This document shows positions 18,196 through 27,140 of a stretch of 64,000 nt of DNA, one piece after another. This DNA is from Desulfovibrionaceae bacterium. Its GTDB lineage: Bacteria > Desulfobacterota > Desulfovibrionia > Desulfovibrionales > Desulfovibrionaceae. The notes beneath the pieces were generated by a model. It was not told the origin of the DNA. It ran no database searches and saw only the letters and a program-made list of their open reading frames with translations. The translations under genes and the position numbers were made by a program. Where the stretch lies: NCBI GenBank assembly GCA_031553655.1, contig JAVBLG010000032.1, forward strand, positions 115 through 64,114. Direction: 5' to 3'. How positions within the stretch are numbered: position 1 is the stretch's first letter; the number at the start of each line of letters is the position of its first letter.

Positions 18196-18978
18196 TTATC
18201 TAGTTTTGTAGGGGGCAAACCAGCCGAGACCGTCAACAGTTTTGCCCGCCGGATTGTACTCACAGCCGATATAGCCCTGATATCCCATGGCATCGACCAC
18301 GGAAAACACATAATCATAATTCAGCTCGCCCTGATCCGGCTCGTGCCGTTCCGGCGCGCTGGCCAGCTGGCAATGGCCGATTATGGGCAAATATTCTTTA
18401 AAACGTTGGCAAACACAACCTTCTTCCATTTGCACGTGGAAAAAGTCGTATTGAAGTTTCAGATTTGGCTTGTCCAGTTCCGCTATATACGCGGCGGCCT
18501 GTCCTTGAGTGCGCAGAAAATAGCCGGGCATACTACGCTGATTTATGGCTTCAAGTCCCACGCTTATTCCGTGCGGCGCGAAGAAGTCAGCTGCCTTGGC
18601 GATATTGGCCTTGTAAACACGTTCCATCTCGGCTCGATCCATACCTGAGGGGATCATGCCCGCCATGGCGTGTACAATGGTGCAACCTGTGGCTTTGGCA
18701 AATCCCAGAGCCGTTTCCAGGCTTCCGGCAAATTCATCCTCGCGGCCGGGCAGAGCCGCAAGGCCGCGCTCGCCTTTTTCCCAATCACCAGCGGGAAGAT
18801 TGAAAAGGGCTTGTTTTAAAGAGAATTTTTTGAGTGGCGCGGCCACTTCCTCGGGGGAAAAGGCATACGGAAAAAGATATTCCACAGCCGAAAATCCGGC
18901 TTCGGCCGCCAGAACAAAACGCTCCAGAAACGGAACCTCGGTGAACATCATACTAAGATTGGCTGCAAAACGCGGCAT
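18196..18978 (-). CDS. hyi: Hydroxypyruvate isomerase
   Basis: MPRFAANLSMMFTEVPFLERF resembles the E. coli Hyi N-terminus. Xylose-isomerase-like TIM barrel. GGAGG SD before ATG 18978. Confidence 0.88.
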   Translation of the reverse strand: MPRFAANLSMMFTEVPFLERFVLAAEAGFSAVEYLFPYAFSPEEVAAPLKKFSLKQALFNLPAGDWEKGERGLAALPGREDEFAGSLETALGFAKATGCTIVHAMAGMIPSGMDRAEMERVYKANIAKAADFFAPHGISVGLEAINQRSMPGYFLRTQGQAAAYIAELDKPNLKLQYDFFHVQMEEGCVCQRFKEYLPIIGHCQLASAPERHEPDQGELNYDYVFSVVDAMGYQGYIGCEYNPAGKTVDGLGWFAPYKTR

Positions 18979-19085
18979 GGTCAAACCTCCTGTATTCTCC
19001 GGAAAAGGCACGGATGCGCCGTAATTCCGGTATCTCATGTTATTACGACGGCTTCGCCGCCTACGTCACGGACACTTTATATCTT

Positions 19086-19142
19086 GACGGCCCGGGCCAC
19101 ATCCGGGCCGTCAAAGCATTTTGCTAATTTCGTTCGCAAAAT
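19086..19142. repeat. 57-nt hairpin-plus-tail repeat, copy 2
   Basis: GACGGCCC-loop-GGGCCGTCAaAGCATTTtGCTaATTTCgTTCGCAAAA. The tail overlaps the last codons (FCERN*) of the IclR-type gene. Confidence 0.75.
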
Positions 19143-19924
19143 TCTTTGTATCCCATACCAATTGAAATTTCCGCGCAGGCTTTCTTTACCATTTGTCCCA
19201 GTTCAGCCAGGCGTTCCAACCCTCCGCGAACCACCGGCCAGGATATGCTCACTCCGCCGGTGGCTTGCCCGGAATAATCAAGAACCGCCGCGCCCACGCA
19301 GATAATGCCTTCTTCGTTTTCCTCAAGGTCTACGGCATATCCTCTTTCCCGCGCCTCGGCGGTCTGGGCCAGGTAAATCTCTTTGCTGGTGACGCTACGC
19401 AAGGTTTTGGGTTCAAAGGAAAAACCTTCAAGTAAATAAGCCTGCTCATGCTCGGGCAGCCAGGCGAAAACAGCCTTGCCCACTGCGGTATAGGTCCATT
19501 CGGCTCGGCCGCCGATTTTGGAATGCATGCGCAGCGAACGTGTTCCTTCGTATTTGTCGATGTAGATCAAGTCTCCGATATGATACGAGGCCAGGTTAAC
19601 AGATTCGTCTGTGGCAGCTTCCAGTCGCTCCAGCACGGGGCGGGCCGCCGTGCGAATGTCCATGCCCTCGATAAGCTGTGACCCCAGCTCCACAAGCTTG
19701 TATCCCAAAAAATAACGTCTTGTGGCCGGATCCTGGCGCACAAAGTCCTGTTCGGCCATGGTCGACAGCATCTTGGACACGCTGGCCGTGTTTATGCCGC
19801 TTAATGCGGCCAGATCTTTCACCCTGGCCCCACCGCGCTGCTTGCCCACCAGTTCCAATAATCTCAAGGCCGAACGCAATGATTTGATCGTGCTGCCGGA
19901 AGATTTGCCCGTTCCCTGTGTCAT
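19124..19924 (-). CDS. IclR-family transcriptional regulator (AllR/KdgR-like)
   Basis: N-terminal winged HTH (LRLLELVGKQ...VKDLAALSGINTASVSKML) and a C-terminal IclR effector domain. Heads the hyi-glxR-gcl gene string. Confidence 0.88.
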   Translation of the reverse strand: MTQGTGKSSGSTIKSLRSALRLLELVGKQRGGARVKDLAALSGINTASVSKMLSTMAEQDFVRQDPATRRYFLGYKLVELGSQLIEGMDIRTAARPVLERLEAATDESVNLASYHIGDLIYIDKYEGTRSLRMHSKIGGRAEWTYTAVGKAVFAWLPEHEQAYLLEGFSFEPKTLRSVTSKEIYLAQTAEARERGYAVDLEENEEGIICVGAAVLDYSGQATGGVSISWPVVRGGLERLAELGQMVKKACAEISIGMGYKEFCERN

Positions 19925-19968
19925 GTGTCACCATTTTGGGCAAGTTTTGTCTGCCCCCTTGAAAATTA

Positions 19969-20003
19969 TTTCTTAATAAGAAATTTAATTTGCTAATAAG
20001 AAA
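19969..20003. promoter_or_regulatory. Two tandem palindromic operator candidates (autoregulation of the IclR-type gene)
   Basis: TTTCTTAaTAAGAAA (19969-19983, perfect 7-1-7 palindrome) and TTTGCTAaTAAGAAA (19989-20003). Centres are 20 bp apart. Confidence 0.5.
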
Positions 20004-20029
20004 TTACTCGTTTTGCCAAAGTATGTCAA
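20001..20029 (-). promoter_or_regulatory. Candidate sigma70 promoter of the IclR-type gene
   Basis: Minus strand reads TTGACA-N17-TAATTT. The -10 element overlaps the distal palindrome. Confidence 0.45.
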
Positions 20030-20054
20030 CAGCGATCCACTGCTGACACAGCAC

Positions 20055-20084
20055 GAAAAAAAGGCTCGCTTTTTCACGAGCCGG
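20055..20084 (-). terminator. Rho-independent terminator after flagellin gene
   Basis: Minus strand reads CCGGCTCGtgaaaaagCGAGCCttttttt. Confidence 0.75.
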
Positions 20085-20127
20085 AAAGAATGGTTTTTAT
20101 ACCGACAAAGAAGATAAGGAAATTTTA

Positions 20128-21603
20128 TCAGCCGCCGATAATTTGCATGGCCATTTTGGGTAGAGAGTTGGCTTGGGCCAGCATGGCCACAGCGGATTGA
20201 GTGAGAATTTGATTACGCGTGAATTCAGTCATTTCAGTAGCCACATCCACGTCGGAAATGCGCGATTCGGACATTTGCAGATTTTCAGCCTGGATATTAA
20301 GATTGCTGATGGTGTTTTCCAGGCGGTTTTGCAATGCGCCAAGATGGGCGCGAGTTTTGTCTTTTTTTACTATGGCACTGTCTATTCGTTCCAGCATGTT
20401 TTGCGCCAGATCCTGGGTAGCGACGTCGGGAACGTATATGGTTGTGCTTCCATCCACATCGATTCGCCTTTGTACACTTTGCGGCACGGGGTCTACCAGA
20501 GCTACGATTATCAAATTGTTAGAGGCAACGGGGTTTCCAGATGAATCAAGAGGAGCCGTGTTAAAATAAAGGGCGTTGCAGCTGCCGGTGTACTCGTATT
20601 TGATCGGAAACCCGGTCATACCACTGGATGGGATACTGAACGATGCTGACTGGTTGTAGGTTGCCCCAGAGAACAAACCGCTGCTGTTCATCCAGGACTG
20701 CAGATCTGTTGCATTATTAACGCCGAATTGTGCCCACAGGGAGTTCGCATTTCCTGGCGTAGTTCCTGCTATGTGGGTGCCGTCCGGGGCGAATACCTGG
20801 TATTGGATTATATTGGTGGTCGGGCGCTGGGTGGTCAAGGTTCCCAGGGCGGTGATGTCGCTATATATATGGTAGTTGGTGCCGTACGAGTTGGGAGGAG
20901 CAATATTCGTAATCACAGTAGGCCCGGTCATACCCAGGGCGCTGGCAATGGGGTTGTTGCTACCGAGATTGGAAAGCCATAAGTTATAATTTGTGGTGTT
21001 TATGGTTCGCCATTCATGTATCGGCTCGACGATGACTGCGTCGAACAGCCCAAGTCCCTTGGTGGTGGAATCGTCTATTTCAATGTAATAGTAGTCCTCG
21101 GCAGAGTCGTTACCTGTGCCGAAATGAATTTTGGCCGCCCCGGTGGAAGTTAGGCCCGAACCGTCATGAGTTCCCTGCAAATTGCCGTTTAGCAGATGAA
21201 TGCCGTTGAAGTCGGTTGAATTGGCTATACGGTCTATTTCCGCAGCCATGGCCAAAAATTCGCTGTTGATCATCAGACGCTGGGTGGAGTCATAGGTGCC
21301 GGTGGCGGCCTGCTCGGACAGTTCCTTCATGCGGATGAGTTTTTCATCGATGATTCCCAGCGCGCCGTCAGCGGTCTGAATGAGCGAAATGGCGTCGTTG
21401 GCATTACGCACGCCCTGCTGAAGAGTCTTAATGTCGGCCCGTTGAAGTTCGCGTATGGCCAGCCCGGCGGCGTCGTCGGAAGCGGAAAACACGCGCAGCC
21501 CGGAAGAGAGGCGGCGGGTGGAATCTGATAGAGAGGAATAATGGGTATTGAGATTGCGTGCCGCATTGGAGGCCATGAGGTTGTGATTGATCACCAGGGA
21601 CAT
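20128..21603 (-). CDS. fliC: Flagellin
   Basis: N-terminal MSLVINHNLMASNAARNL...LSSGLR and C-terminal LGALQNRLE...TQSAVAMLAQANSLP conserved domains around a variable central domain. AGGAGG SD before ATG 21603. Confidence 0.92.
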   Translation of the reverse strand: MSLVINHNLMASNAARNLNTHYSSLSDSTRRLSSGLRVFSASDDAAGLAIRELQRADIKTLQQGVRNANDAISLIQTADGALGIIDEKLIRMKELSEQAATGTYDSTQRLMINSEFLAMAAEIDRIANSTDFNGIHLLNGNLQGTHDGSGLTSTGAAKIHFGTGNDSAEDYYYIEIDDSTTKGLGLFDAVIVEPIHEWRTINTTNYNLWLSNLGSNNPIASALGMTGPTVITNIAPPNSYGTNYHIYSDITALGTLTTQRPTTNIIQYQVFAPDGTHIAGTTPGNANSLWAQFGVNNATDLQSWMNSSGLFSGATYNQSASFSIPSSGMTGFPIKYEYTGSCNALYFNTAPLDSSGNPVASNNLIIVALVDPVPQSVQRRIDVDGSTTIYVPDVATQDLAQNMLERIDSAIVKKDKTRAHLGALQNRLENTISNLNIQAENLQMSESRISDVDVATEMTEFTRNQILTQSAVAMLAQANSLPKMAMQIIGG

Positions 21604-21637
21604 TTTTGCCGCCTCCTGTATAGATTGTGCTTTACTG

Positions 21638-21653
21638 TGCAAGAGAGGGGCCA
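21638..21653 (-). promoter_or_regulatory. Candidate sigma54 promoter for flagellin
   Basis: Minus strand reads TGGCCCctctcTTGCA: correct GG-N10-GC spacing and one mismatch to TGGCAC. About 35 nt upstream of ATG 21603. Confidence 0.4.
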
Positions 21654-21827
21654 TGCGTAAAAATGTAGCTATAACAGCATATCAAATGAATTGTTTTTTA
21701 TTGCGCCTGCAAATATTGCCGCGTCGAGGCGCGGCAGCCCTATGATTTCCGAATAACGCTATCTTGTGCTTTGTCCTGAACGCGTCTAAACTACTGCCAA
21801 ATTTTTTTTGCCAAGGATGTTCCCCCA

Positions 21828-23129
21828 ATGCATTCCGTTCGATATATACATGCGGCCGACCTGCACCTCGACGCCGCCTTCAAGGGGCTTGCGCGCGAAG
21901 CCGCCCCGCATATGCCCGACATGGCCGCAAGGCTGCACTCGGCCACTTTCACCGCCCTGGAGCGCCTTTTCACCCTGTGCGAACGGGAGCGGGCGGATTT
22001 TCTGGTTATTGCCGGAGACATATATAATGCCGAGGATCACAGCCTGAAGGCTCAGCTGGCTCTGCGCGACGGCTGCAAGCGCCTTGCCGAACACGGCATC
22101 AGGGTCTTTCTGGCCCACGGCAACCACGATCCGCTGTCTTCGCGCCTGCTCACCCTGGATTGGCCCGAAAACGTGGTCATTTTCGGCGATCAGGCGGAAA
22201 GCCATGTGGTAATGCGAAATGATAAGCCCGTAGCCGTGGTGCACGGCATAAGCCATGCCACGGAAAGGGAAGGGCGCAACCTGGCCCGAAGTTTTCAACG
22301 ACTTTCCGGCACAGAAGAACTCAAGAATTGCTTTCAGCTGGGCGTATTGCATTGCACGTTGGAGAACGGCGACTCCAAAGCGGAAAGGTATGCGCCCTGC
22401 TCCGAGGATGACCTGATCGAAGCCGGGCTGGACGCCTGGGCTCTGGGGCATATTCACGACAAGCGCATAGTGCGCAAGACCGACCCCTTGATTCTTTACC
22501 CCGGCAACATCCAGGGTCTGCACATCAATGAAACCGGAGCGCGCGGTTGCACTCTGGTATCGGTCAGTTCCGTCAAAAACGGTTTTGCCTTCGATACCCA
22601 TTTCCACGCGCTGTCCCCGGTGCAGTGGGCCAAGGTGGAACCCAAAATGGCCGATTGCAGAACCATGGCCGCATTGGAAGCGGCCATGAGCGAAGCTCTG
22701 GAATTCGCGGCCCGGCAAACCGGCCCGGAATGCGGCACGCTTATTGCGAGAATAACTCTTTCCGGCCGTACATCCCTGAATGAGGAGCTTCGCCTGCCCG
22801 GAGTCACGGCTGATCTGGCCGAAAAACTGGGCGACCGCTCTTCAGGCCGCCCGGCGGTGCTGCTCAAGGACATCGTGCTGGAAACCAAACCATTGGCCGA
22901 TATGGAAAACATGCTCAAGCGCGACGATCTTCTGGGGGAAGTTCTGAGGCTGGCCGAGGATATAAGCCGGTCTTCCGATAAAATGAACACCCTCGCGCTT
23001 GAAGCCCTTGAGCCAATCCACAAGCATGCCAAACTGCGTAAAGCCCTGACCATGCCGGATGAAGCGGAAATGACGTCTTTGCTGGATGACGCCGGCCAAA
23101 TTTGCATTGACATCATGGAGGCCGAATAA
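21828..23129 (+). CDS. SbcD/Mre11-like metallophosphoesterase DNA-repair exonuclease (YhaO/SbcF-like)
   Basis: IHAADLHLD, GDIYN and AHGNHD calcineurin-like phosphoesterase motifs. The stop overlaps the start of the following ATPase (TAATG). Confidence 0.85.
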   Translation: MHSVRYIHAADLHLDAAFKGLAREAAPHMPDMAARLHSATFTALERLFTLCERERADFLVIAGDIYNAEDHSLKAQLALRDGCKRLAEHGIRVFLAHGNHDPLSSRLLTLDWPENVVIFGDQAESHVVMRNDKPVAVVHGISHATEREGRNLARSFQRLSGTEELKNCFQLGVLHCTLENGDSKAERYAPCSEDDLIEAGLDAWALGHIHDKRIVRKTDPLILYPGNIQGLHINETGARGCTLVSVSSVKNGFAFDTHFHALSPVQWAKVEPKMADCRTMAALEAAMSEALEFAARQTGPECGTLIARITLSGRTSLNEELRLPGVTADLAEKLGDRSSGRPAVLLKDIVLETKPLADMENMLKRDDLLGEVLRLAEDISRSSDKMNTLALEALEPIHKHAKLRKALTMPDEAEMTSLLDDAGQICIDIMEAE

Positions 23130-26100
23130 TGTATATATCTTCCTTCCACATCAACGGATTCGGCATATTCTCCGATGTGGGTCTGGAATCCATGCCGCCC
23201 GGCCTCTCTATTTTTCTGGGGCGCAACGAAGCGGGAAAATCCACCTGTCTGGATTTTTTCCGGGCCATGCTCACCGGCTATCCGGATCACCGCAGCAAGG
23301 AAGGACGCAATTTTTCCCACCCCCGCGCAGGGCAGGGCGGGGGAAGCATCGACATCAATGCCGGCTCTCTCGGCCGTCTCCGCCTCACCCGTCGACCCGG
23401 CAGCGGAGGCGGCTCGCTGAACCTTACTGACGCCTCGGGCGCTCCGCTGGATCTGGCCGTGCTGGACCGTCTGCTTTCCGGGGTGACCAGGGAAGTGTAT
23501 ACTAATGTGTTCGGTTTCAGCCTCTCAGAGCTGCAAAGCTTCAAAAGCCTCAATTCCGAAGGTGTGCGCCACGCCCTTTATGGGGCCAGTTTCGGCATGG
23601 GGCTGCGCCCTCCGGGACTGGTTTTCAAGCAACTTGACGATCGCATGGAGGCCCTGTTCAAACCCGGCGGCAACAGGCCTACTCTGAACGCCGCCGTGAA
23701 GGAATGGGAAGAGCTGCGCCGCCAGGTGCGGGCCGCCGAGGAAGAAAACCGCCTGTACGATACCAAAAAGCTCGAACTGGTTGAAAACGACCGCAAACTG
23801 GCCGAAACCAGGCAAAAGCGCGCGGAAACAGAACATGAACGCCGTCAGCTTGAAAAACGTCTGGGGGTATGGCGGCAATGGGATGAATGGCGTAAACTGG
23901 CTATTCGAATAGAGCGCCTGGAAAATGTTGTGGACACCTTCCCCGAGAACGGCCCGGCTCGCCTGGCCAGAGCAGTGGAAATACGCGAAGAGGCCGCTCG
24001 CAATGCCAGGGCGCGGCGCGAAATTCTGGAGCGCACTATAGATGCGGCCGAGGCCATGTCCGCGCAAATAGACGGCGAACTTCTGGCAAATCTGCCGGAA
24101 ATCCGCACGCTCAGCGAACGCAGGCTGATCTTCCGCAATGCTGAAGCAGCCATTCCCATCAAGCAGGCCGCCCGCGCCAGATCCGGGCAAGAACTGGAAC
24201 GGCTGCTCACCGGGCTGGGGCCGGACTGGTCGTGTGATCGCATCCGTGCCACCGATCGCTCGCTTTTTGCCCGCGAAGAACTGGAGCAGCAGGCTACCGA
24301 GCTGGGCGTGGCGGCTTCGTCCTATACCGCGGCCACCGACGCGCTGCAAAAAGCCAACCGCAACGTTGAAAGCTGCGAGCATGCCGTGCAGATAGCCAAG
24401 GCAAGAGCCGAGCATCTGCCCATGCCCGTGGCCGCTCTGGACGACGACGGCCGCGACTCGATGCGCCGTATTCTCGCCCGCATAGAAGAAAACAGGCAGC
24501 GTATTCCCGAGCGTACCCAGGCTCTTAACGCGGCCAAGGCTTCCTTTATGCGTTCCTATACTCCGTTGCGCTTGCGCAGCAATTCTCCCGCCGCCACCTT
24601 GGACCGTCTCAGCGAAGCTCAGGACAAGGCCATGGAATTGTCCGCCGAGGTGCAAAAATGTATCGCTCGCTCTGAAGATGCGGCCCGCGACGTAATGCTG
24701 GCGCAGCAGGCCGAAGACGCCTGCAAAATACGTATGGATCGCCTGCGTATTCAGCAAAAAACTAATCAGGGTCCCACCCGTTCCGCGCTGGACGCCAGGG
24801 CCTCGGCCCTGCGCAATATGCGTAACCTGGCCGCCGCCATGAACGTGGAGGTGGAAAGGCAAACCGATCTCAAATCGCGCCTTGACGGCATGTGGGCGCC
24901 CAAACCCATAAAAAGCCTTCCGCTGATGATTATTGGCGGCATTTTCGCGCTGGTCGGGGCAACGATTCTGTTTGCCTGCATGAAATTGGGTATGACCGCC
25001 TTTGTGCTTAACCCGGACATAACCGTTCCCGTCACCACCTGGTTGGGCTATCTGGCCATGCTGGCCGGTGTGGGTATTTTTCTCGGGGGTATGCCTCGTT
25101 CCGGGCCTGAAGCCGAACGTTTCAGAAAGGAATTTGAAGAGCTCAGCCTGCGCGCCAGTGACACGCAAAAACGCATTGACGATTTTCAGGAACAGCTTTC
25201 GGCACAATGTCTCGAAGCCGGTGTTGACAGCGCTGACCCCATAACAATGGAGGCCACGGAGCTTCTTCTGGAACGCGAGCGTGAAATGTGCGTCACCGAG
25301 GAACGCCTGGAACAGGAAATGATGTCCATGCAGGCCGATCTGACTTCGCTGCGCGAAAAGACCAAATATATGGAAACGGTGCGCATTGAGTCCGAAAACA
25401 GGGTGCAGCATGCCCGTCGTCGCTGGCATGAATTTCTGGTGGGTTGCGGAGTGGAAAGCATACCCGCTCCTGAAGCCGTAAGCGCTTTTTTTGCCAAGGT
25501 GGAATCAGCCAGAGGGGCCATGGGCGCGGTGAAGAATCTGGAAGCCGAAATAGTCGAGCTGGAAAAAATCATCAAGGAAAAGGCGCGCGAGGCCATGGGC
25601 ATTGCCCCGGTGGCCGAGCTTCTGCCGCCTGAAAGCGCCGAGCTCAACAACGTGCTCGACGCCGTGCGCAAGGTGTTGGAGGCCTGCCGCGATGCCGATG
25701 CCGCCGCCGAGGAGAGGGTGAAGGCCCAGGCCGAGGTGCGCAATGCCGAAATCAATGCCGAAAGGGCCGCCATGGCCCAGGGCGAAGCCATGGATTACAT
25801 TACCGCGGCCGAAAACCGTCTGGGATCGGCCCGCGAAGCCTGGCGCGAAAGCCTGCATTCCCTGGGGCTGGGCCTTGATCTGTCGCCCGGAACGGTGCGT
25901 GAAGCCTTTGAATGCATGGAAAGATGTCTGGCCACGGAAGCCGAGGAAGCCCGCTTCGGCGAAGAACTGGGCCGTCTGGCCGAAGACCTCGGCACGATAA
26001 TAAACCCGTTGCGCGCCCTTTTGGAACGCCTGAAGCGCGAAGTGGGCCGGGATTCACTGTCCGGTGATTCCGATTGGCTGGGCAGCCTTAACACTCTTTA

Positions 26101-27103
26101 CAACGAAGCCTCACAAGCGGAAAAAAACTCCGGAGAACTGGCCCGGCTCAATGAAACCGCTCAGGCTCAGGAAGACGAATGCAAGGCCGCTGAAGCTTTT
26201 CTGACCGACGCCCTTAAAAACGAGCGTGAGCTTCTTATTTTGGGCGGCGCGGAAAATGCCGAGGAATTCCTGCGTCTGGCCGCCGTGCGCGATGAACGCA
26301 AGGAAATAACCCGCCGCCGCGAAGACTTGGAAGATGCCCTGCGCCTGGCTGACGACAGCCAGTCTTTCGACGACTTTATCAAGTCTTTTGATAATTTTGA
26401 CCGGGAAGAAGGCGAAGCCCGCAATGTGCGCATAGCTGAGGAATTGAGCGCCCTGGCTGACGAGGAACGCCGTCTGGCGGGCGAAATAGCGTCATTGGAA
26501 GCGGTATTGAGCAATCTTACGGGCACGGATCATTTTTCACACCTGCGCCAGCAGGAGGCCTCGCTTTTGGAGTCCATACGGCGCATGGCCCGCGAATGGA
26601 GTCGCCTGGCCATTTCCAGGCATCTTCTGACCGAAGCTAAAAGCCGTTTTGAACGCGAGCGCCAGCCTGAAGTAATCCGCGCCGCTTCGGAAATATTCTC
26701 CGACATAACCGCTGGAACCTGGACCTCCATTTCCGCCTCGCTCGAAGACAGCTCGCTTTCGGTAATGCGGCCTTCAGGTGAGGCCGTTTCGCCCGACACT
26801 ATGAGCCGGGGGGCCCAGGAACAGCTTTATCTTTCACTGCGCCTGGCCTATATACGCAACCATGCCGCGCATGCCGCTCCGTTGCCGGTGATCATGGACG
26901 ATATTCTGGTCAACTTCGACCCGGAAAGAGCCAGAAGAACCGCCGCCGCCCTTGCCCCGTTGATTCGCGGCGAAGATGGCAATTACCCGCCCCATCAGGT
27001 GCTGTTTTTTACCTGTCACCCACATATGGCGGAAATGCTTAAAGATACTATCAATGGCAGCGCGGTATTCATGGTGGAGAAGGGCACGATCACCTCTTGC
27101 TGA
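23129..27103 (+). CDS. Rad50/SbcC-like AAA ATPase (YhaN/SbcE-like), 1324 aa, with long coiled coils and a central two-helix membrane hairpin
   Basis: N-terminal Walker A GRNEAGKST. C-terminal SRGAQEQLYLSLRLA signature and PVIMDDILVNFD Walker B. Heptad-rich arms. Hydrophobic segments are encoded at 24914-25093. Confidence 0.85.
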   Translation: MYISSFHINGFGIFSDVGLESMPPGLSIFLGRNEAGKSTCLDFFRAMLTGYPDHRSKEGRNFSHPRAGQGGGSIDINAGSLGRLRLTRRPGSGGGSLNLTDASGAPLDLAVLDRLLSGVTREVYTNVFGFSLSELQSFKSLNSEGVRHALYGASFGMGLRPPGLVFKQLDDRMEALFKPGGNRPTLNAAVKEWEELRRQVRAAEEENRLYDTKKLELVENDRKLAETRQKRAETEHERRQLEKRLGVWRQWDEWRKLAIRIERLENVVDTFPENGPARLARAVEIREEAARNARARREILERTIDAAEAMSAQIDGELLANLPEIRTLSERRLIFRNAEAAIPIKQAARARSGQELERLLTGLGPDWSCDRIRATDRSLFAREELEQQATELGVAASSYTAATDALQKANRNVESCEHAVQIAKARAEHLPMPVAALDDDGRDSMRRILARIEENRQRIPERTQALNAAKASFMRSYTPLRLRSNSPAATLDRLSEAQDKAMELSAEVQKCIARSEDAARDVMLAQQAEDACKIRMDRLRIQQKTNQGPTRSALDARASALRNMRNLAAAMNVEVERQTDLKSRLDGMWAPKPIKSLPLMIIGGIFALVGATILFACMKLGMTAFVLNPDITVPVTTWLGYLAMLAGVGIFLGGMPRSGPEAERFRKEFEELSLRASDTQKRIDDFQEQLSAQCLEAGVDSADPITMEATELLLEREREMCVTEERLEQEMMSMQADLTSLREKTKYMETVRIESENRVQHARRRWHEFLVGCGVESIPAPEAVSAFFAKVESARGAMGAVKNLEAEIVELEKIIKEKAREAMGIAPVAELLPPESAELNNVLDAVRKVLEACRDADAAAEERVKAQAEVRNAEINAERAAMAQGEAMDYITAAENRLGSAREAWRESLHSLGLGLDLSPGTVREAFECMERCLATEAEEARFGEELGRLAEDLGTIINPLRALLERLKREVGRDSLSGDSDWLGSLNTLYNEASQAEKNSGELARLNETAQAQEDECKAAEAFLTDALKNERELLILGGAENAEEFLRLAAVRDERKEITRRREDLEDALRLADDSQSFDDFIKSFDNFDREEGEARNVRIAEELSALADEERRLAGEIASLEAVLSNLTGTDHFSHLRQQEASLLESIRRMAREWSRLAISRHLLTEAKSRFERERQPEVIRAASEIFSDITAGTWTSISASLEDSSLSVMRPSGEAVSPDTMSRGAQEQLYLSLRLAYIRNHAAHAAPLPVIMDDILVNFDPERARRTAAALAPLIRGEDGNYPPHQVLFFTCHPHMAEMLKDTINGSAVFMVEKGTITSC

Positions 27104-27140
27104 ATTCCCAATACGTATTGTGTTCAATTGGTTGCGCCAA

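Noticed and set aside
17431-18648. A 405-aa plus-strand ORF across glxR and hyi.
   Set aside because: It spans two well-supported minus-strand genes and their intergenic gap, and its His/Gly-rich product is meaningless. Shadow ORF.
21786-22718. A 310-aa minus-strand ORF overlapping the SbcD-like gene.
   Set aside because: It is antisense to a gene with calcineurin-like phosphoesterase motifs and has no recognisable features.
23525-25429. A 634-aa minus-strand ORF inside the SbcC-like gene.
   Set aside because: It is antisense to a gene with clear Walker A/B and signature motifs. It has low-complexity composition and no start context. Shadow ORF.
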